From positions 186,001-250,000 of IMG/VR virus record IMGVR_UViG_3300033182_000980: DNA of 64,000 nt. One strand, written 5' to 3'. The stretch's first letter is position 1, and every line of letters starts with the position of its first letter. Below, piece after piece: positions 34,629 to 43,481 of this stretch. The notes beneath the pieces were generated by a model. It had not been told where the DNA came from. It did no database searches and saw nothing but the letters and a program-made list of their open reading frames with translations. Made by a program: the position numbers and the translations under genes.

Positions 34629-35289
34629 TTGGATAAGACAAGGTTTGATAGGGGCGAACCCTATACACCTACCTTATCTCGTATCAAGAGGGGTGGGCGA
34701 AGGTTGTCGGGTAGATTTCTATTCGTGGCAACCCCACCCCAATGTTCAATGTCCTAAGTTCAAAGCTAACTTCGGACAGTCGGGTGAGCGTATAAAGGAC
34801 TCACTTATCATCCCTATCACATCACCTCGTGGAGAAATCATAGGGATGGAGACTCGTCAGATTAAAGAAGATGGCTCTAAAAAAGTCCATCAGTACCGAA
34901 CCCTTAATGCTCAATGGAATCCCTACGCACTTGGTGCTGAAGAAGGCTTTAAAGCTCTATGGGATCAAGGAGACTTATGGGTAGTCGAGGGGATCTTCGA
35001 CAAGGTGGCTCTGGATAAAGTCATACCTAGATGTGATGCTGTGATCTCCACACTAAGAGCGGGCATGGACGCTAACACTATGGACATGATTGAACGCTTC
35101 TATACACCTGCCTCAACCATATACATCTGTTATGACAATGACGAGACAGGTCAGAAGAAATCAGCTTGGCTTCAGCGTGAGATGAAGAAGCGAGGTATGC
35201 GATCTGTTGTGTGGAGGTATCGAGGGAAAGATCCTAACGATGTCTGGACACAAGGTGGGGATCAAGCTCTAAGGAGAATGTTCCTTTAG
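34618..35289 (+). CDS. DNA primase, TOPRIM catalytic core (DnaG-like, short)
   Basis: YLVSRG, LIIPI..PRG.IIG..TR, VVEGIFD, YDNDETG, KDPND; GTG start at 34618 with GAGGA RBS. Confidence 0.85.
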   Translation: MKDDWIRQGLIGANPIHLPYLVSRGVGEGCRVDFYSWQPHPNVQCPKFKANFGQSGERIKDSLIIPITSPRGEIIGMETRQIKEDGSKKVHQYRTLNAQWNPYALGAEEGFKALWDQGDLWVVEGIFDKVALDKVIPRCDAVISTLRAGMDANTMDMIERFYTPASTIYICYDNDETGQKKSAWLQREMKKRGMRSVVWRYRGKDPNDVWTQGGDQALRRMFL

Positions 35290-35720
35290 AGGCTAGAAGC
35301 CCAAGTCTCTCTGATGAACTTAGGTAGCTTGAACCAATGCTCGCTATTAGGCTCTCTAAGGATATGAGCTTGACCGATGACCCCTTTAAGTCCGTCCGAT
35401 TTCTTACCCATGATGCGTATCTCATACGCTTGCTCATGGACGAAAGCAAAGGTCTGTCCAGGATTGGGGGTGGTGTAGGGGCAACCATCCCAACCATGAA
35501 AACCTGTCGGGCATGGTACAGCGATGACGATCTTACGAGAGTCAATGTGTGTGAATAAGATAGGGCTATCCCATCTAGTTTTTCCACACCCGAAGGTCAT
35601 CTCTCCGAGCATATCCATGAGGATTGCATCTTTGCAATCTATGGGTGCGTTTTTAAAGTCATTCTTAGCCGAAGCTGAAAATAGGGTATGTCCGTGTTCG
35701 TCTTTAGTCAAGTAGCTCAT
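35286..35720 (-). CDS. Hypothetical protein
   Basis: 144-aa ORF convergent with the primase gene. Confidence 0.55.
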   Translation of the reverse strand: MSYLTKDEHGHTLFSASAKNDFKNAPIDCKDAILMDMLGEMTFGCGKTRWDSPILFTHIDSRKIVIAVPCPTGFHGWDGCPYTTPNPGQTFAFVHEQAYEIRIMGKKSDGLKGVIGQAHILREPNSEHWFKLPKFIRETWASSL

Positions 35721-35723
35721 GTA

Positions 35724-35734
35724 GTAACCCCTTA
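35724..35734 (+). promoter_or_regulatory. Class-E motif GTAACCCCTTA
   Basis: Exact 11-mer, 44 nt upstream of 35778. Confidence 0.65.
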
Positions 35735-35777
35735 TCTATTAGATACTGTTGATAGTTTATATGAAAGGGGATGTACT

Positions 35778-36122
35778 ATGGCTAAAAAGAAGGTTTGGAG
35801 AAGAAGGTTGAAAGCATGGGAAAGAAAGTTTTACTGCTCTAAGCACGATAGTGTTATATCGTGCGAGATGTGTCATGGAGTGTTTCATGGCACAGTAAAA
35901 GAGCTTGCTGGTAAGCTCAAGGATCACGAGCTAAGAGGGAAGCTCATAGGGGATCACTTTGTTTTTGATGTGGTCGAGTATGGCCACAGAGATGGATCTG
36001 TGACTTGGGCTAGAACCAAGTCATATGTGGGAGGACGACAAGAGACAGGTCGTTGGGTAGAGATAGATACTGATATGTGGTTCAGAGAAGAGATTGCTCA
36101 AAAGAGTGAGTGGATCTACTAA
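35778..36122 (+). CDS. Hypothetical protein with a Cys/His cluster (start corrected to MAKKKV)
   Basis: AAGGGG RBS; C..H...C..CHG. Confidence 0.6.
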   Translation: MAKKKVWRRRLKAWERKFYCSKHDSVISCEMCHGVFHGTVKELAGKLKDHELRGKLIGDHFVFDVVEYGHRDGSVTWARTKSYVGGRQETGRWVEIDTDMWFREEIAQKSEWIY

Positions 36123-36226
36123 TAGTCCTTGAACCACATAGAGATAAACCCAATCCCCAAGATGACCATGACAGGCCATAAATCAAGCAAGGTAAGGTCA
36201 GTCCATAGGGTTGGGTTAAGGTGCAT
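36119..36226 (-). CDS. 35-aa single-pass membrane microprotein
   Basis: MHLNPTLWTDLTLLDLWPVMVILGIGFISMWFKDY; TAATG coupling to the upstream microprotein. Confidence 0.5.
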   Translation of the reverse strand: MHLNPTLWTDLTLLDLWPVMVILGIGFISMWFKDY

Positions 36227-36354
36227 TATCTATTGCTCTTGATCGTAAAGTAAGTGATGGATGCAAAGAATAAGATCAGCATGAATACGCTCCCGACAGT
36301 TATTTCGGGTTCTTGTTCGTTATAGATCAACCAAGCTGTCATTGCCTTAAACAT
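36226..36354 (-). CDS. 38-42-aa single-pass membrane microprotein
   Basis: (MFKA)MTAWLIYNEQEPEITVGSVFMLILFFASITYFTIKSNR; overlaps the stop of the 36347 gene. Confidence 0.5.
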   Translation of the reverse strand: MFKAMTAWLIYNEQEPEITVGSVFMLILFFASITYFTIKSNR

Positions 36355-36805
36355 GAGGGGGTGTATCATCATCTTTATCAAACAACTGTGGTGTGTTGTC
36401 TAATGGGATTGGCGGTGGTGTGCTATCGTCTGGTTCACCACCTAAAGGGTAATCTCTCCAAGCGTATGCCCTTCTAATGTCAAGGTAGTTGAAGTAGTCA
36501 TCACAATGCCATGCCTCTTGCTCAAATCGGATAGCGAGGTAAGCATCTCTGGTAAAGCCTTTCTTTTTGATGACAGCGGCGTACAAGAAATCGAACACAT
36601 AGATGACCAAGAACCCAATGAAAAACAGCTCTAGGTACTGCTGATAATGGATCGTCTCGTGTCGTTTGGTCTTGTCGGAGATCTTACCTCTTGAGAACAC
36701 GAATGGACCAAGGGTGATTGCGTTGATCTCAATGGGAGCGAGCTTTGAGAGCCAAACTGGTACTTTTGAGTTCTCAAAGAAGAATGGTTTTGCTTTCTTG
36801 AACAT
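36347..36805 (-). CDS. Membrane-associated HExxH zinc-peptidase-like protein (start corrected to MFKKAK)
   Basis: NAITLGPFVF...RHETIHYQQ...TM segment...AY..IRFEQEA; AAGGAG RBS. Confidence 0.75.
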   Translation of the reverse strand: MFKKAKPFFFENSKVPVWLSKLAPIEINAITLGPFVFSRGKISDKTKRHETIHYQQYLELFFIGFLVIYVFDFLYAAVIKKKGFTRDAYLAIRFEQEAWHCDDYFNYLDIRRAYAWRDYPLGGEPDDSTPPPIPLDNTPQLFDKDDDTPPHV

Positions 36806-36912
36806 AATTTTTACTCCTTGTTTAGACATATAGACAAGACATATTTAATCCTTACAAAAGAGTATTTGGGTGGTATAGATGATCTACACTATCTTAAAGG
36901 AGATGAAAGATC

Positions 36913-37170
36913 ATGGGGCGACCAAAGCAGAATAAGAAGGCAGAGATCAGAGCAAGGCGTAAGGCTCGTAGAGCACATGAGCGTATTGCTGATCTCAAGC
37001 GTAGGGAGAAGATGATTAAGGCTTATCTAAAAGTCATTGCGGAGAACGCACAGACTTTACAACAGCTCGCTGACTCGGAAGCCCAAGAAGCTACAGGAGA
37101 AGCTACCGACATTTCTGACGAGTCTTCTTCTTCTCCAGACGATCAAAGTAGCCAATCGCCTTCCGAATAG
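36913..37170 (+). CDS. Hypothetical basic coiled-coil protein with an acidic tail
   Basis: AAAGGAG RBS. Confidence 0.55.
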   Translation: MGRPKQNKKAEIRARRKARRAHERIADLKRREKMIKAYLKVIAENAQTLQQLADSEAQEATGEATDISDESSSSPDDQSSQSPSE

Positions 37171-37294
37171 TATAGAGGCACTTGGCACACATACCAGTGC
37201 CATCTTGCCAATTTAACCCCCAACCTCTAGTGCTTTCGGGGAGCTTATGACCACAGCAAGTACAATGTCCTGGTACTCGTTTGTCCTTAGCCAT
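37103..37294 (-). CDS. Small zinc-finger protein
   Basis: CTCCG...CAKC. Confidence 0.5.
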   Translation of the reverse strand: MAKDKRVPGHCTCCGHKLPESTRGWGLNWQDGTGMCAKCLYTIRKAIGYFDRLEKKKTRQKCR

Positions 37295-37305
37295 GACATA
37301 GGGCT

Positions 37306-40300
37306 TTAGTTGCTAGAGTTGTATGGGGCAGGTACTACATTTAAGTTAGATGCTTGACTGTAGACCTTAACTAGAGGTTTACCTTTGATCCTAAAGCGAT
37401 CAGCAGCCGCTAGACCCTCACCATATCCCGATGGAGATATATCTCCACCAAGTGTGATTGACGATGTTCCTCCGTCTACTGCGTGGGTGACAACAACTAA
37501 CTGAAGCTCACTCCCATAGCTCTTAGGGTTTGAGAAGCTATCCTCTTCATAGTTATTGGACACGAGTAGTGCTCTACCGACTAACGCACTTCCTTTCAGC
37601 ACAGGCTGTAAGGACTCATTAAATGAGGTCGCAAGGAAGCTCAAAGGTCCTCCTGGTATATTCCCTCCTGCGTTGAATACAGCACCACCACCTCTTGCGA
37701 TGGTGAACTTAGGGTCAGATGCAGGGGTTGCTCCATTAAAGATCTTGCCGTCATTCATCTGAAGTGTGTCTCCGCTGACACCAAGAGCGGCAGTATAAGG
37801 GATACCATTGGGGTTTACAGGTACAGGATTAGAAATCGTGGAGTATGATCCCGAAGATGAGAACAGATAGCTAGAGCTATTGTTTAAGATGTCCTCACAC
37901 ACAAAGTCGGAGTCTCTTACGAGTGATCCGAGAGGCAATCTTGATGTAATCCCTGTTAGAGAGATTGGGGTATTACCATCACCTGCGTTGATCTTTGGTG
38001 CGTTGACTCCAGAGAAGTGAACACGACTCATGCTTCGAGAGTTGAGTACAGACTCTTTGTTATAAACAAAAGGATTCACCTCAAACCACATCTCGAAGCT
38101 CATGGGTGATTCTCTAAGACCCTCAAAGATTTGAATGTCTTGACCGTTCCTCAAGTCTTTCCATAGAACTGCTAACTCAAAGGTGTCTGTTGGGTTAGGA
38201 GCTTGGATTAAAACACCGAGGTAGGTTTGATTGTCCACATTGTTTTGCTTCATTTCCCCACGAGTCTGGAAGCAGTTATACCCTAAGCTCTGTAGCCACT
38301 CCATAGTCAATGCTACTTGTGTTTCAAGAACCCGACCATTTCCATTAGCAGATAAGGTGATCGTGTCTACAAGAGAGCCATTTTTGTAGAGGTTAAGGTC
38401 TACAACTGACTGTACGATAGTTTCAGCTTGCTCGAATAGGAATAGGCTCGCCCAACCTCCTCTTAGAGTAGACTCACCGGTAAAAGTAGAAGTCCTTAAG
38501 GGGATATAGTTAAGACCTTCTGCCAATAAATCGGTGGGATCTCGATTGATAGGGAATGGTGTGTGTCCGACATCTGTGATTGTTGTCGGGTAGACCTCAC
38601 CTCCAATCTTACCTGTACCTAAAGTGGTGTAGAAATCCATACTTGCGAGCACTTCTACATTACGCTTATTGGTATTCGAGAGGTCTACTGGTTGTGTCTT
38701 AGATCCTAGCCTTAGTTTGTTGAGGCTCTTTCGACCTTGAGGTACCGTTTGGTCTGATTGTCCGAGTGTACCTAAAGGGTCGCCTTGATACGGAGTACGC
38801 TTGTAAGCAACAGTAATGTGAGATCCGATGGGAGGGGCGAAAGGAATAACTGTGGACACAACAGCTTTCTGGGCATCTGTCGCAAGTAAAGCAAACCCCG
38901 AACCATTATGCTTTCTAGGCAGTACATATCTGTTATGAGAAATAAATCCGTCAGCAAACATGAACACGACAGCTTCAACGACATAGTTAAAGTCTGTAAA
39001 GGTAGAACCCTCAACCCAACCAGCACCTTTATCTTTTAGTCGTGTGATGTCGATAGCGTGTTCGGTGAGCATATAGGTATGTGCGTGTTGATAATCTGGA
39101 TTAGACCCATCATCACCATTTACAAGCTCTTGACCACCATTTTGTCGGATATACATGGTGAACGCAGAGGTATCTGTCCTAAGTAGGTTAGGGCAGTTCC
39201 CATTCGATACATTAGTCGCAACAGTAACACGATCACTTGCGTGTCCTGCGAGTTGGTTTTGGTTAGTCAGATGAGCGTGGAAAAGATCTCTCTCATAAAC
39301 ACCATAGACTCGAACGATGCCATAGTAAGGTGGAAGCTCAATACCGTTAAGGGTAGACCCAAAGTCGCTTGTAGGCACATCGGTAAATGTTGTTCTTCTA
39401 GCACCAATACCGATCTTGCTGTTTATGGTGTTGATCGCTTGTCTTTGACCCCATGCAGTATCTGGATCTCCTGTGACAAAGAGAACATTCTTAGTACCTG
39501 GACTCCCTTCATTATCAAGACCCCCGATGATGTTAAATACTTGATCAGTGCCAGATAGGGGCTTATCTATAAAGATGTGGTTTAGGCCGTTTCTAAACTG
39601 ATCTTCTGTCCCTGTATAGGTATGTAAGGGGATGTCTTGTCTACCGAAGCGAGGCATGATTGCTTCGGGTAGAACAAAGGCGGCGTTTTTAGTTGGGAGG
39701 AACATCTCGGCAGTTTCAAGGTCTACATCAATCTGTGATGAGTTCCAATGCTCTGGTACTAGAGGTAGGGTAACCCCATTCAACGCTAGGTTATCAGAAG
39801 TCGCTTTGTTGATGATGACTGTTTTATTTTGAAACGGTCGGAGGACGACAGTCTTGCTGTTTTCGTCAGTAAAGGCTTCTGCTTCACGATCCGCTTCCTC
39901 GTTGATGATACGACCACCCATTTGGTTAGGTTGAGCAACACCGATAGGGAGATTTGATGAGGGCAGTCTGTTCCAAAGGGAAATATGATTCTTTGTCGGT
40001 AAGTCGATCTCGTTTCCTACAAGGGGTAGGTTAGAGAAATCATTCCCATGTAACACGGACTTAGAGTTGTTAAGGAACTCACCTGTAGAGATGTCGGGGA
40101 TTAAGCCGATTTTGTGGATGTCCTCTGCAACATTAGCTGTGCCACCAGTTGCAGATGGGTATAGGACAGACACTCCAAGTTGGAACTCGTTTGTGATTTG
40201 AAGTTTACCTAACCCCGTGATTGGAAGTGTGCCTGTGTGGGCCTCTGACTCTGTAATGGCGATCATAACCTCATCATCTTGATTGGAGAGGTCTTGTGTT

Positions 40301-42630
40301 CTGAACTCGATTTTCAGAGTTGTATTGGTGGTCAATCCTGCTGATCGTAGTATGTTGTCGATAGGTTTAAGTATGATCCAACCTACTTTCGAGTTTGGAG
40401 TCCAAAGATCAGCTGGATTTGTTGAGTCATAATAAGTAGCACTAGCAGTGTCTGCATCATCGTTTAATAGGTCTACTACTTTGAACACACCGTTGTTTTG
40501 TTGGTGGTTGTCTCTAGGGTCGCCATAGATGACAGCATAGAGGCTAGAGTGATCCCCACTCGTGTCATACCCATTGTTTGTAACGAGGCTTTCAAGATTT
40601 CTTAAAGCGAGAGGTAAATCATCTCCACTTGCACCCAATCTGACAGCAACGACTTTCTCGGAAGCGACAAAAGCGTTTGTGCTTTGTTCAGATACAATAC
40701 TTGATTGGCTGGCTGCGAGTGGTCGATACAAGTAGCGATAGTTCTGAGTTACATTATCGGGCACAGTGTTTGATGTGAATGTATCGCTATACTTTGACTT
40801 CCCTAGAACAATGAATGGTTTTTCAAAGTTTGAAGCGAGGGTCGGGGAGTATAACTGACCGTGAGTTTCACCGACCTCTTCGATAGTGAAGGGTGCTCTT
40901 TTTGTAGATGTGTCTCTGATCTCTCTAGGGGCTATAAAGCGAACCCCTCTTTCTTCGGCGGTAGTCGCACCGTCAATCTCATTGACTCCATAAGCTAAGT
41001 TTGAGGTTGTTGAATCAAGAGTGAGCTTAATCCAAGACCCCGACTTAATTGAGTTGTCCTCATAAATAAATGCACTAGGTTCAAGGTCTGGTCCTATAGT
41101 CCATGATGCAAGGTTAGCTTGATTGAGGTTTGTTGTGGTTACCCCAAACCCATCTCTAGCACTAGGGAGGTTAAGATACAGAGTCAATCCCATTTGAGGA
41201 ACAGAGGCATCTGACCATGTATCTCTAAAACCGTTGGGCCAATCCATAGGGTGCGTTTGAGCAGAAACATCTTTGTCGATCATAGAAACTTCTTCTACTG
41301 TCGTTCCCGCCGAAGTGATGTTGTTTTGGTTCTGCTTGTAGGCTGTCTTTAGGTTTCCGAACAAGAGGTCAGAGAGAGAGCTTTCAAGAAGGGACTGATA
41401 ATCCCACTCACCGATAGTGGTCGCATGACGCATATCGAATAGATCTTCGGTATGGATCTGATCGGCATATTTACCATCGGGTCGGTTGTTAAAGAGAACA
41501 ACATTTGTGCCTGCCGAGTGATACTTAGTTTGTGTACCACCCTCACCTCTAGCTTCAATCGTGATGTTGGGGTCTGCGAAACCACTTACTCTGATGATTT
41601 CTCTGTTAAGACCTTCACCAAGCACCAAGTATCTTTCAGACCCATAGAGGGATGCGTCATCAAGACCCGAACCAACACCGTTAAGGAGTGCGACATTACC
41701 TGTATGACCTGCGTCTAAGGGGTCAACAAGAGTTGCTTGTAGAAGAGTCGTAGCGTCTGTGCTTGTGGTAGAGGACGGCTTACGATTTATCGCTCCATTC
41801 TGATTAGCATTACCTGCGTTTGTAGAAGCGACATAAGCGTTATCATTCCTACGAGTGATTGCACAGATCGGGATGCCATAGACGATGTTCTCGGACAAGA
41901 AATCACTTAGTGGTGTACCTGTTGCAGTACCGTCATCGGTCATGTGAGCGACCCAAAGACCTGCATCTCCATTAGCCCACTGGTTATTGAAGCTCACATT
42001 GCTAACAGCGTCTAGCGGCCCTTTAGCTTTAACGAGGTTGCTAGACATACCCTCTAGGTGAGAATAGATGTCGATGTTATCAACTACTCTGAAGCGATAC
42101 TGAACTTGAACACGCTTTGTGGTTTCAAATCCAACATTAGAGTCCACCATCTCATCGTCTAGCCCAGCACCACTGAGATTACCGTTGGAATAAACGGTCG
42201 TGGTAGTTGGTTTAACTTTTTCTAAGGTCGCATCCGGTAGTGCGTTGTCAGCAGAGATGATTGTTTTCCACACCTCAAGGAATACGAAGTCTACTCGGTT
42301 ATCTTGGGTAGGGGGAGGTGATAGGTTGATGGTAGCTTCTTCAATGTCGAGGACGAGTCCGTTGACAAGGGCTTTAAGTGGCTTGACCTTTAAGAAGTTT
42401 GACCACAGGGGATTAAACTCAAAGTCTCGGTCAGCAGTTCTAGGGTTCATTAAGATACCACTATGTGCTGTTGCCGATACTGTCTTTGAGAGGTTATCTG
42501 TAGCGATTTGACCTATAAGGTTAAGCTCACTATCGAGAGGTGGCTTACCTGCTTGCCACACAACATTTGTGTATTGGCGATTGGTCGTGTCTAGTGTTCT
42601 ACTAACTGTACTCTTAAAGTCGTCAGCCAT
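37306..42630 (-). CDS. Large tail/baseplate-associated structural protein (1774 aa)
   Basis: N-terminus paralogous to 49667..52921 (VVWQAGKPPLDSELN, DFVFLEVW, RVQVQYR, RPDG..ADQI); lies in the baseplate operon. Confidence 0.7.
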   Translation of the reverse strand: MADDFKSTVSRTLDTTNRQYTNVVWQAGKPPLDSELNLIGQIATDNLSKTVSATAHSGILMNPRTADRDFEFNPLWSNFLKVKPLKALVNGLVLDIEEATINLSPPPTQDNRVDFVFLEVWKTIISADNALPDATLEKVKPTTTTVYSNGNLSGAGLDDEMVDSNVGFETTKRVQVQYRFRVVDNIDIYSHLEGMSSNLVKAKGPLDAVSNVSFNNQWANGDAGLWVAHMTDDGTATGTPLSDFLSENIVYGIPICAITRRNDNAYVASTNAGNANQNGAINRKPSSTTSTDATTLLQATLVDPLDAGHTGNVALLNGVGSGLDDASLYGSERYLVLGEGLNREIIRVSGFADPNITIEARGEGGTQTKYHSAGTNVVLFNNRPDGKYADQIHTEDLFDMRHATTIGEWDYQSLLESSLSDLLFGNLKTAYKQNQNNITSAGTTVEEVSMIDKDVSAQTHPMDWPNGFRDTWSDASVPQMGLTLYLNLPSARDGFGVTTTNLNQANLASWTIGPDLEPSAFIYEDNSIKSGSWIKLTLDSTTSNLAYGVNEIDGATTAEERGVRFIAPREIRDTSTKRAPFTIEEVGETHGQLYSPTLASNFEKPFIVLGKSKYSDTFTSNTVPDNVTQNYRYLYRPLAASQSSIVSEQSTNAFVASEKVVAVRLGASGDDLPLALRNLESLVTNNGYDTSGDHSSLYAVIYGDPRDNHQQNNGVFKVVDLLNDDADTASATYYDSTNPADLWTPNSKVGWIILKPIDNILRSAGLTTNTTLKIEFRTQDLSNQDDEVMIAITESEAHTGTLPITGLGKLQITNEFQLGVSVLYPSATGGTANVAEDIHKIGLIPDISTGEFLNNSKSVLHGNDFSNLPLVGNEIDLPTKNHISLWNRLPSSNLPIGVAQPNQMGGRIINEEADREAEAFTDENSKTVVLRPFQNKTVIINKATSDNLALNGVTLPLVPEHWNSSQIDVDLETAEMFLPTKNAAFVLPEAIMPRFGRQDIPLHTYTGTEDQFRNGLNHIFIDKPLSGTDQVFNIIGGLDNEGSPGTKNVLFVTGDPDTAWGQRQAINTINSKIGIGARRTTFTDVPTSDFGSTLNGIELPPYYGIVRVYGVYERDLFHAHLTNQNQLAGHASDRVTVATNVSNGNCPNLLRTDTSAFTMYIRQNGGQELVNGDDGSNPDYQHAHTYMLTEHAIDITRLKDKGAGWVEGSTFTDFNYVVEAVVFMFADGFISHNRYVLPRKHNGSGFALLATDAQKAVVSTVIPFAPPIGSHITVAYKRTPYQGDPLGTLGQSDQTVPQGRKSLNKLRLGSKTQPVDLSNTNKRNVEVLASMDFYTTLGTGKIGGEVYPTTITDVGHTPFPINRDPTDLLAEGLNYIPLRTSTFTGESTLRGGWASLFLFEQAETIVQSVVDLNLYKNGSLVDTITLSANGNGRVLETQVALTMEWLQSLGYNCFQTRGEMKQNNVDNQTYLGVLIQAPNPTDTFELAVLWKDLRNGQDIQIFEGLRESPMSFEMWFEVNPFVYNKESVLNSRSMSRVHFSGVNAPKINAGDGNTPISLTGITSRLPLGSLVRDSDFVCEDILNNSSSYLFSSSGSYSTISNPVPVNPNGIPYTAALGVSGDTLQMNDGKIFNGATPASDPKFTIARGGGAVFNAGGNIPGGPLSFLATSFNESLQPVLKGSALVGRALLVSNNYEEDSFSNPKSYGSELQLVVVTHAVDGGTSSITLGGDISPSGYGEGLAAADRFRIKGKPLVKVYSQASNLNVVPAPYNSSN

Positions 42631-42650
42631 TTTTTATCCCCTTTATGTTA

Positions 42651-43478
42651 TCAATACATCAATGTGTATGAGAGAAGTGTGAGATCAGCGTCTGTGTAGT
42701 TTACCCATGCTAGTCTGATCGTATCGACCGCACCATTGAATGAGAAAACAGATAGGTTGTCGATCTCTTGGTATGTACTACCATCACTAGATATAAAACA
42801 TCTAAGACGATTAGACGCATCATATTCGGTGTTTGTGTAAGCCACTGAACCTTTTCGGTTTGCTGTCTTTGCTGTTTGTGGTGGAGTCGTTTTCTCTTTG
42901 TCAGATAAAGAGCGATCTTTAGTGTAGCTCTTTAAGGCACTCCTAAAGTACACAAAGAAATCGTTTCTACCTAGACCATCTGATGTGCTTCCAGCTATAT
43001 CTATCTCTTGTGTGAGAATGCACCGATTACCCGGAAGAGTTTGATCTGATGTGATTGTAGCTCCCTCTGTATGACCCATGTTCGGGAAACGACCCATCAC
43101 AGAGGTAGTGTTCGGAGCATCCCCATTTTTATAGGAGTTGAGGAAGTTATATTCGGGGTTCGCTGAACTCACAGGGAGGTATAGGTTATCAACGACAGAG
43201 ATCGACTGACTCGCACTCGTCTCAAAGTTATCAGTGAAGTCAGCCTCACTTAAAAGGTTGTTCGTAATGAAGTAATCAAACGCTACAAACCTTTCCCTCA
43301 TCATCTCGTTGATCTTGTTGATGACATCAGCCCTAGTAGGCTTTGTTGTATTGAGCTTTAGATCAAAGTGGTCTGGAAAGTCCACCACATACCGACCAGA
43401 GATCGGGAGGGTGTTTGGGTATGTGGGAATGATTTCTACTAATGTATCTGTAGCATCTCTATGAAATATAGCTGGCAT
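42651..43478 (-). CDS. Tail-associated structural protein
   Basis: Operon context; beta-rich. Confidence 0.55.
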   Translation of the reverse strand: MPAIFHRDATDTLVEIIPTYPNTLPISGRYVVDFPDHFDLKLNTTKPTRADVINKINEMMRERFVAFDYFITNNLLSEADFTDNFETSASQSISVVDNLYLPVSSANPEYNFLNSYKNGDAPNTTSVMGRFPNMGHTEGATITSDQTLPGNRCILTQEIDIAGSTSDGLGRNDFFVYFRSALKSYTKDRSLSDKEKTTPPQTAKTANRKGSVAYTNTEYDASNRLRCFISSDGSTYQEIDNLSVFSFNGAVDTIRLAWVNYTDADLTLLSYTLMY

Positions 43479-43481
43479 ATT

